Below, one piece after another: positions 56,752 to 64,000 of a stretch of DNA of 64,000 nucleotides (position 1 is its first letter; each line of letters starts with the position of its first letter). A model generated the notes under the pieces. It was not told the origin of the DNA. It did not search any database and saw only the letters and a list, made by a program, of their open reading frames with translations. Source of the DNA: an uncultured virus (IMG/VR IMGVR_UViG_3300044808_000084) (taxonomy: Duplodnaviria; Heunggongvirae; Uroviricota; Caudoviricetes); IMG/VR virus record IMGVR_UViG_3300044808_000084; one strand, 5' to 3'. A program made the translations under genes and the position numbers.

Positions 56752-57302
56752 ACTGGCCTCCCAAGATATTTATAGAGTGTAGTGCGCGAGATTTTCAGTT
56801 TAGCAGCAACGTCTTTAACCGTCGCGCCGGGTTTCTTGAGCATGTTGCGCGCCACTTCCACAATATCATCATCGAAGGCACGCGGCCTTCCCCCTGTCCT
56901 ACCTCTCGCCTTCGCTGCCGCGACTCCCGCCCGCGTGCGCTGCCGGATGATGTCTCGCTCGAACTCAGCGAGCGCGGCGAAGATGTGAAAGGTTAGCTTG
57001 CCCGTTGGCGTGGACGTGTCAATAGCTTCGTTGATGCTCTTAAACTCGACGCCGCGCTTTTGCAATTCGTTGATCGTGTCAATGAGGAAGCGGAGCGACC
57101 GGGCGAGCCGGTCAAGTTTGTAGACGACAAGGGCATCACCTTCCCGGCAGAACTCTATCGCCTCGCGCAGACCGGAGCGATCATCCTTCGCGCCGCTCTC
57201 TTTGTCGGTGAAGATTTTAGTGCATCCCGCTTTTTGGAGCGCGTCGGTTTGAAGGTCTAGGTTTTGTTCGTGCGTGGAGACGCGGGCATATCCTATGAGC
57301 AT
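56748..57302 (-). CDS. Serine resolvase/invertase (Hin/Pin family)
   Basis: MLIGYARVST, KLDRLAR, GRTGGRP, C-terminal HTH. Confidence 0.95.
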   Translation of the reverse strand: MLIGYARVSTHEQNLDLQTDALQKAGCTKIFTDKESGAKDDRSGLREAIEFCREGDALVVYKLDRLARSLRFLIDTINELQKRGVEFKSINEAIDTSTPTGKLTFHIFAALAEFERDIIRQRTRAGVAAAKARGRTGGRPRAFDDDIVEVARNMLKKPGATVKDVAAKLKISRTTLYKYLGRPV

Positions 57303-57686
57303 CTACTTTTCCGTTTCCAGCATCGCGCGCAGCAGCCTGTTAGCGCGCGGCGTTCCTGCCAACAACACAGGCGACTCGGCGGCTCGTCTTTCTGCCTGTG
57401 CTTTGATCATCTGCGTTAATCCCCGGCTCTTGAGCATGAAAGAGTCGGGAACGTCGCCTTCATAACAAAACGCCGGAACGTAAGCAGGACAAAAGAAACG
57501 GTGGAAGGTGCGGCCGGGCTTTATAGACCCGACAAGGAAACGCGCGTTGTTGAGTTTTGGATCGGGCATCTGGATCGCATCAATGCGCAGCCATAAGTGG
57601 CACACATCGCACTCACACAGAAACACCCGCGCTCCGATTTCATCGGGAAGGAACTGCCGAACCTTCCACTTGTGAATGTGTGGCAT
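57303..57686 (-). CDS. Hypothetical protein
   Basis: Abuts the resolvase gene; Cys/His motifs. Confidence 0.5.
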   Translation of the reverse strand: MPHIHKWKVRQFLPDEIGARVFLCECDVCHLWLRIDAIQMPDPKLNNARFLVGSIKPGRTFHRFFCPAYVPAFCYEGDVPDSFMLKSRGLTQMIKAQAERRAAESPVLLAGTPRANRLLRAMLETEK

Positions 57687-57689
57687 GAT

Positions 57690-57971
57690 CTACATCGCCC
57701 CTTTGTCTGTCTCGTCTTGCACGTCGGCAGCTTTGGGAGACTCAAAAGGAATTTGAATATCTCGGAGCGACGGACACAACGCCAACATGAAATTAAGCGC
57801 AGCCTTCGTAACCTCTCCCACTCGTCGCGCCTCTTCTGAGTTGGCGGCGCGAATCGCGGGCAGCAATGCGCCCACCTGATTCCGCTCGCGCCGCTCGGCG
57901 TTCTGCCGGTTGATAGCAATGCGCCTTTCCTTCTTCGACGGCTTCTGATTTTTAACTTTCTTCATGTCCAA
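57690..57971 (-). CDS. Hypothetical basic protein
   Basis: Co-oriented ORF. Confidence 0.5.
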   Translation of the reverse strand: MDMKKVKNQKPSKKERRIAINRQNAERRERNQVGALLPAIRAANSEEARRVGEVTKAALNFMLALCPSLRDIQIPFESPKAADVQDETDKGAM

Positions 57972-57974
57972 CCC

Positions 57975-58148
57975 CTACGCTGTTTCCTCAGTCGTCCGCA
58001 GCACTTCGCCGTGCTGCTTGTAGAACGCTCGCGCCTGTAGGAACAGGCGCAGCACAATCCCCAACTCGAAATGACTAGGAACGATATACACACTCTCGCG
58101 CTCGTCTTCCTCTCCGTCCAACTTGTAGAAAATCGTATAGCGTTTCAT
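57975..58148 (-). CDS. Small hypothetical protein (57 aa)
   Basis: MKRYTIFYKLDGEEDERE... read by hand. Confidence 0.45.
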   Translation of the reverse strand: MKRYTIFYKLDGEEDERESVYIVPSHFELGIVLRLFLQARAFYKQHGEVLRTTEETA

Positions 58149-58260
58149 GTTCAAATTCCCCCACGCGCCTATGATACCGATTCCAGAGTTTTAGACACAG
58201 TTTCTTTACACGCTTCTGGCCTCTTTCCGTGTCCAACGTCGCCCGCGTCGAAAAGCAGGG

Positions 58261-58572
58261 TTATTCGTCACGCGTTCCAGCGCGCTTCGCTTCCTCCTCA
58301 TTGTCTAATCGCATCGCTTCGGCCAATATCAACAAGGCCGCTCGCGTGCGGAGGCTTCTACCGCCACCGATGCCGGTACGAAAGCGCAAGCCCTCCCCAG
58401 GCGGCACGTCGGGAATGGACACCCAAGCATCGCCATCATCACTAAACACAACCCGCAAGTGTCCCTCGCGTTTGCCATCGTGATCATCGTGCAAGCGTCG
58501 GTACGGCGTGCGCGCTTGTAAGTGTGGCGGCCACGTAGGATGCTCAAGAAGTCTTTTAATATTTACAGCCAC
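58261..58572 (-). CDS. Hypothetical phage protein
   Basis: GTG start with RBS GGAG; HDDHDG..DGDAWV..LRFRT..GGG. Confidence 0.55.
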   Translation of the reverse strand: MAVNIKRLLEHPTWPPHLQARTPYRRLHDDHDGKREGHLRVVFSDDGDAWVSIPDVPPGEGLRFRTGIGGGRSLRTRAALLILAEAMRLDNEEEAKRAGTRDE

Positions 58573-59079
58573 GATATTTCTCCGTGTCCAACAAACCGAC
58601 GTTTTCAGACAGTCAACTTGTGGTGAACGTAATGAGCAAAGCGAAGGGCTTGGCGCAGTTGAGACTTTTGAAACGATGCCGCTCGCCACCAAGACGAACA
58701 GCGCGATTTTATAAATTGTCGCGCGGCGGCCAACTCGCACCCGTTTTCTCATCCCTTCCCTTTCTACACAGCCTTACAACTTCAATCGTCAAAACCCGCC
58801 CGACGAAGCACTTCACAGCTAACACTAGCCGCCTGTTTTCGACCTTCGGGGCAAAGCTGGCTTGAAGAAACTACACCCACCTTCCTGCCTTAGTTTATTC
58901 TTTAAAGTTTTGCAGCGCGGGCAATTTTGCACCAGCTGAGAAACTAAGTAGTGATATTCTATAAATTCAATTGTGAGTGCTTCACGTTGCCGGTGCATTT
59001 TGTATATCTTTCGACACACCACGATAACGAGAACACCTAACGCGTCATAAATGAATGTTCCCACAATTCAAACCTCACT

Positions 59080-59700
59080 TCACCGCATCCGATCCTCTCC
59101 GACTATCAACCATATCGCGACGGTTAAAATGGTAGTGGACAATATGACTGATTTCTCAATCAGACTGCGCGGCACCTGGTAGACACTAAGCAGAACGACT
59201 TGAACTCTGAGAACCGAAGTCATAAGTAGCAGGCAGTAGGCGCGCATGATCCAAGCCGCATGCAGAGACTTAAGACCTTTTCTAATGCTTGTAATACTCA
59301 CGTATAAGCAATACAGGATTAACAGGAGCACCGTTACGGTAACTGCCTGCGTCATCTTCTGGCCGTAGGGGAACAGAACCCCAAGTGGAATAGCAGTTAA
59401 AACGGAGATTGCCAGCGCAACGCTTAATGCAAGGCCGACCCGCGCGTGTGCTTTGTAGCACCCCCTTCTCACTAAGAATCGTTGAACAGGATATAAAGCC
59501 ACAAACAACAACGCCCCCGCGATGTGCGGAATGAGCAAAAAACGATGCGCTACAAACCAAATATCTGCTTGGCTCAATGCCTTGTATCCTGACCACGCGC
59601 CGGACAGTTGCTTTAGTCGCAACACGCCTGCCAGCACCGCGACGACAGTACACAACGCGATAGTCAGTGGGACGGTTGTCGCTAAAAGCCGTTTCGTCAT
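59080..59700 (-). CDS. Multi-pass membrane protein (DUF2306-like)
   Basis: PHIAG, HARVG and HAAWIMRAY His motifs; several TM helices; low GC. Confidence 0.65.
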   Translation of the reverse strand: MTKRLLATTVPLTIALCTVVAVLAGVLRLKQLSGAWSGYKALSQADIWFVAHRFLLIPHIAGALLFVALYPVQRFLVRRGCYKAHARVGLALSVALAISVLTAIPLGVLFPYGQKMTQAVTVTVLLLILYCLYVSITSIRKGLKSLHAAWIMRAYCLLLMTSVLRVQVVLLSVYQVPRSLIEKSVILSTTILTVAIWLIVGEDRMR

Positions 59701-59982
59701 TCCGGCCTCGGTATCGTTACCATCCTGCGCGCCGTCTCGATTACGTTAGGGTGAACGAAAGCGCGTTTGATCATCTCGTGGACTGACTCGCCCGCCGACT
59801 CCAACGCTTCGCCAAGTTCACTCACTTATTTTTACCTCTCAACATTCCCAACCCTCTCAACAACAGCACACACACCAACAGAAAGGGCGATAATAAAATC
59901 ATCAAAACCAGCGCGCCCGCCTTCTCTTCATCGTGGAGTGCGTAGTCAATCGCCGTGCGCTTTGGCTGTTCGGAGCAATACT

Positions 59983-60234
59983 TCATCGCTTCTCTCTCGG
60001 CGTGCTCAGAGTCTTTAGGACGGTTGCGCGCAACGGCTCATCACCCGCACCGGGGCGCAACTTATCAAACAACCTCCCAAGCCAGCCGGGGCGATAAACA
60101 ATCACAGCATACTCAGCAGCAACAGTCTCAGCATCCACGATCAAACCCTCGCGTTCTAAAGCCGCCAACACAATTTCCTTTATGTCGTTGGCGAACCGCT
60201 GCAACTCTTCATCCGTGTACAGGGCTACTTTCAT
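59983..60234 (-). CDS. Hypothetical protein
   Basis: RBS GAGG. Confidence 0.5.
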   Translation of the reverse strand: MKVALYTDEELQRFANDIKEIVLAALEREGLIVDAETVAAEYAVIVYRPGWLGRLFDKLRPGAGDEPLRATVLKTLSTPREKR

Positions 60235-60430
60235 CTTTGAACCTCACGGCGATCATCGGCACTTGCTCAGTCGCCCGCTTCCACTTCCCTTTGTCGTCAT
60301 ACTCGAAGAAAACGTAAGCGGTCTTATGGTCTGCGCTCCACCCGGTAAGCGCGCCTTCGCGGGTTGAATGGCCGGACGCGGAAGGCACGATCACGGTTTT
60401 GTTTTTGTCGGCGTTGGTAGGGTTGATCAT
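60209..60430 (-). CDS. Small SH3-like hypothetical protein
   Basis: ATGA-coupled to the upstream gene. Confidence 0.45.
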   Translation of the reverse strand: MINPTNADKNKTVIVPSASGHSTREGALTGWSADHKTAYVFFEYDDKGKWKRATEQVPMIAVRFKDESSPVHG

Positions 60431-60792
60431 GCCGCCATTCTCCGTTGTTGGTGTTTCCTGTCTCGCATGAAGTCTAAAAGCCTGTCCGCGTAGATCGTGT
60501 TGACCTTCCCCTCTGCCATCGCGCAAAGGGCTTTAACAACCCACTGGCGTTTGATCTTCGTCTTGAACTTACGCCACTTGTGCAAATCCTTCCGGCGCGA
60601 TTCATAGCTCGCACAAAAATCTTGGTACCACGGCGCGTTTTGTCGCTCGACAACTCGAATCTTGTCGCGGTCTGGATGCTTCTCCGTCCACTCGCGCCCC
60701 GGCATAAGGACGACTTCCAACCAGCCCGCCTCTAGCTCGCGGAGCAACTTGCGAGCGATTCTTTGGTAGTTGTCGGCGCACGATTGACACAT
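60427..60792 (-). CDS. Hypothetical protein
   Basis: Co-oriented 121-aa ORF. Confidence 0.55.
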   Translation of the reverse strand: MCQSCADNYQRIARKLLRELEAGWLEVVLMPGREWTEKHPDRDKIRVVERQNAPWYQDFCASYESRRKDLHKWRKFKTKIKRQWVVKALCAMAEGKVNTIYADRLLDFMRDRKHQQRRMAA

Positions 60793-61603
60793 GCTTATAC
60801 ACTCGCTCGGCTATTTTTTTTTTTGCCTCAAAAGGAAGCATCGGCATTTTGACTGGCGGCAGATTCACAGCCACAACTCTTGGCCGCTTCTCTTTCACTG
60901 GCGGCGGCAACACAACTTCCGGCAAGATGATCTGCGCGCCTAGAGGCTCTGGAAGATAGAGACACTTAAAACACAAGCCTCTCTTATCACGCGCCACCGT
61001 CGCGCTCAGATGCCCGCACGTTCTACAGGGTGCTTTTGTGACGTCCTTCGCCATTACCCCCCCCCACTGTGCGGCCATCGCCGCCGCGATTCCTGTCATG
61101 GTTCGGCTTCTGTTTTTCCACCGCTCCGGCGACGGCGGCTCTCGGTGCACGCGCGCAACCCGGCCTTCGACTACCCGCGTCGGCACAAGCAGGGGCAGAT
61201 TTTTCAACCACAGGCACGTTGATTTAATTTCGCCGTGTCCGAAATGCCAGGGTTGTATAATTTGATCGGGCTTGCGAATCTTTGACGAGATGATCGAGAC
61301 GGGATTCTCCAGCGCAATACGCTCGACGGGCGCGGCGAGAAGACGGCGCACGAACTCTAAAGCCTCTTCCTGCTCCTTTAACTTATCCTTGAACCATCGT
61401 GCGCCGCTGACGGCAAGGTGCGTGCAGGGGGGATGTGCGATCATTAAATCCCAACCATCGCCCAAGACTTCACACACGTCGCCGCGCAGATGCTTGCCAG
61501 GGCGTTCAGAGGGCAGCAGATCACAACTCCAGGCATCGTGTCCGTGCGCGGCGAAGGCGTCACGAACGATCCCCGAAAATTCACAAGCGACGAGTACGCG
61601 CAC
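60602..61603 (-). CDS. Phage DNA cytosine methyltransferase-like protein (native end probably about 61054; read-through across homopolymers)
   Basis: MRVLVACEFSG, IAHPPCT, ENP, RSRT..GIAAAMAAQWG. Confidence 0.8.
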   Translation of the reverse strand: MRVLVACEFSGIVRDAFAAHGHDAWSCDLLPSERPGKHLRGDVCEVLGDGWDLMIAHPPCTHLAVSGARWFKDKLKEQEEALEFVRRLLAAPVERIALENPVSIISSKIRKPDQIIQPWHFGHGEIKSTCLWLKNLPLLVPTRVVEGRVARVHREPPSPERWKNRSRTMTGIAAAMAAQWGGVMAKDVTKAPCRTCGHLSATVARDKRGLCFKCLYLPEPLGAQIILPEVVLPPPVKEKRPRVVAVNLPPVKMPMLPFEAKKKIAERVYKHVSIVRRQLPKNRSQVAPRARGGLVGSRPYAGARVDGEASRPRQDSSCRATKRAVVPRFLCEL

Positions 61604-61619
61604 AGCTTCCCTCTTTCCT

Positions 61620-61793
61620 TCACTTCACAACTTCAACCGGAGCATCAGCAGCGTTGGCCTTAACCAAGTCAACAGCGCGGCGCGCATCGGCCTCGCGCGT
61701 GTAGCCTTCACACGCCGCAACTATGTCGTTATCCCCGGCGCGGAGTCGCCAGCCCCACAGATCATCTTCACATTGATAAAGTTCAAACTTCAT
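61620..61793 (-). CDS. YegP/DUF1508 family protein
   Basis: MKFELYQCEDDLWGWRLRAGDNDIVAACEGYTREADARRAVDLVK; RBS AAAGGA. Confidence 0.75.
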   Translation of the reverse strand: MKFELYQCEDDLWGWRLRAGDNDIVAACEGYTREADARRAVDLVKANAADAPVEVVK

Positions 61794-61808
61794 GGTGTTG
61801 CTTTCCTT

Positions 61809-62579
<771 letters not shown>

Positions 62580-62592
62580 TTCGTTAATCTCC

Positions 62593-62811
62593 TTACTTTG
62601 AATTGGCCGTGCTGGTGGCGCGGCCTTTTTGTTTGTTCATTTCGTCCTTGCACTTTGGACACAGCGGAAACTCGCGGACCTTTTCCAACTCGGCTTTGTA
62701 TTCGGCGGACGATTCGAGCGTGAGATATGCGCCCCACACATCGCCGCACAATGCTTTCTTAAAAGCAGGATTCGCCGCGCCGCGCAGTTTGACGTGATAG
62801 ACGTTACTCAT
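62593..62811 (-). CDS. Small hypothetical protein
   Basis: H..ALCG..CPKC possible zinc site. Confidence 0.5.
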   Translation of the reverse strand: MSNVYHVKLRGAANPAFKKALCGDVWGAYLTLESSAEYKAELEKVREFPLCPKCKDEMNKQKGRATSTANSK

Positions 62812-63000
62812 CACTTCCCTTTCATCCACTCATCACGCGCGCGCTCGACAGCATCGAAACTCTGTAGCCCTTCGAAGGCTATTAACTCGTCGGCGCGTTG
62901 TTGTATCCAACGGCACGAGCGGCGTGCTTCAAACGCGGACGCTGCGCCCGTCGCCGGGGAAAAATAATTGCGGTCAAGGTGACGGAACAGCTTTCTCAGG

Positions 63001-63117
63001 GTGTGACGAATGACAGATAGTGACGCTTTGTTCCTATTATCCACACATATAAAATTTTGATCTAAATGGAACATAGGTGAAAGCGTCACAAAGCGTCATG
63101 CGTCACTATCCGTCACT
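63001..63117. other. Putative replication origin of element 2
   Basis: Inverted TGAC/GTCA repeats around an AT-rich core containing TTATCCACA (63037-63045); downstream of the primase. Confidence 0.65.
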
Positions 63118-63209
63118 GGAAAGTGGTCGTTTTTTCTGTTTCAAGTTGCGAGGGGCGAAGGCTTGCCGCCCGGCAAACCGCAATAAAATTCCGACACTGG
63201 CAAATTGTG

Positions 63210-64000
63210 TCAGGTCCTCAGGAGGCCGACGCCGCGCCACATGCGCGCTTTCGCTGTCCTCATTTGAGTCAATCCCCGCTCCTGCAATTTGCGCCCGAAC
63301 TTTTGCTGAGTCCCGGCGTGGTTGTTGTTGTCCTCGCACCACCTTGTGTATGCGCGGAAGAGGTCGGCGGCGGTCGTCTCGGCGGTCGCACTCAAAACGC
63401 AACAGTCTTCGATAAAGAAAGAAAGCTGGTCCATCTGGTTGCGAAACGCCTGTGTCGCGCTCGACACTTCGAGCGGCACGCCCAAGCCGTACCGCTGCCA
63501 GAGCGCGCAGCCTTGAATCATCCAGTTAAGAATGCCCGCCGCTTCGGTCAAAAGTTTTTGCTGTAGTTGTTTGTCGCGCTCGTCGGGCGGGATGCGCACC
63601 TCGAAGGGAATGAGGCGCAGCCGGTCCCAAATGCCCTCATCCGTGCCGCGCACTTCCGGCATGTGGTTCGTTCTGAGCCATATCTTGCACTCAGGTTTGA
63701 ACTCGAAGAATTCCCCGCGCATGAACCGCGCGCTCACCGTATCGCCGCCCGTCAACTCTTTAATCAAGCTCTCCGCGAGCCTTCGCCCTTCGTCCGATTC
63801 GGACGCCGACACGAGCCGCGCGCCCTTGAGTTTCGCCACGTCGTTCGGGATCGCGCCCTCGCGCTTGGCGAGCAGCGTTTCGGTCGGCGTGCGTAAGGCG
63901 TAGTCGCCAAGAATCGCTTGCATCGTCTCCACCAGCACACTTTTACCGTTCGCGCCTGTGCCGTAGAGGATGAACACTACGCGCTCGCCCACGTCGCCAG
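63210..64000 (-). CDS. P4-family/D5-like primase-helicase (5' part outside window)
   Basis: YGTGANGKS Walker A, IKELTGGD, TNHMP, GIWDRLRLIPF. Confidence 0.92.
   Translation of the reverse strand, partial: GDVGERVVFILYGTGANGKSVLVETMQAILGDYALRTPTETLLAKREGAIPNDVAKLKGARLVSASESDEGRRLAESLIKELTGGDTVSARFMRGEFFEFKPECKIWLRTNHMPEVRGTDEGIWDRLRLIPFEVRIPPDERDKQLQQKLLTEAAGILNWMIQGCALWQRYGLGVPLEVSSATQAFRNQMDQLSFFIEDCCVLSATAETTAADLFRAYTRWCEDNNNHAGTQQKFGRKLQERGLTQMRTAKARMWRGVGLLRT

Noticed and set aside
53824..57302. Invertase-driven fibre switching as in Mu Gin or P1 Cin
   Set aside because: No inverted recombination sites or alternative fibre C-terminus were found.

Overview
The window holds the 3' part of a host M15 (D,D-carboxypeptidase-like) peptidase gene followed by two proviruses in tandem. 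(1) A complete-looking ~39.3 kb lambda-like siphovirus prophage (973-40275) is bounded by a 12-bp direct repeat, TGGCACTGGGAA, that lies in the conserved EPWHWE codons of the peptidase gene. It carries tail, head, packaging, lysis, replication, immunity (Cro/CI/ImmA), accessory (TIR-TPR, TcmP plus DUF5131) and integrase modules. (2) A second, apparently tailless element starts right at attR (40276 to beyond 64000). It has a transglutaminase-like Cys-His-Asp enzyme, an array of small proteins with C-terminal membrane anchors, basic proteins punctuated by [KR]xNP motifs, several predicted jelly-roll capsid proteins, a fibre, a membrane-anchored lytic transglycosylase, a GroES-like protein, a serine resolvase and a P4-type primase-helicase with an adjacent ori. 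It looks like an internal-membrane jelly-roll (Varidnaviria-like) provirus, with no packaging ATPase visible in the window. The two unrelated viruses share a 42-aa fibre segment and a small-ORF plus long-hairpin cassette. All functional calls come from motif recognition by eye; no database searches were run.
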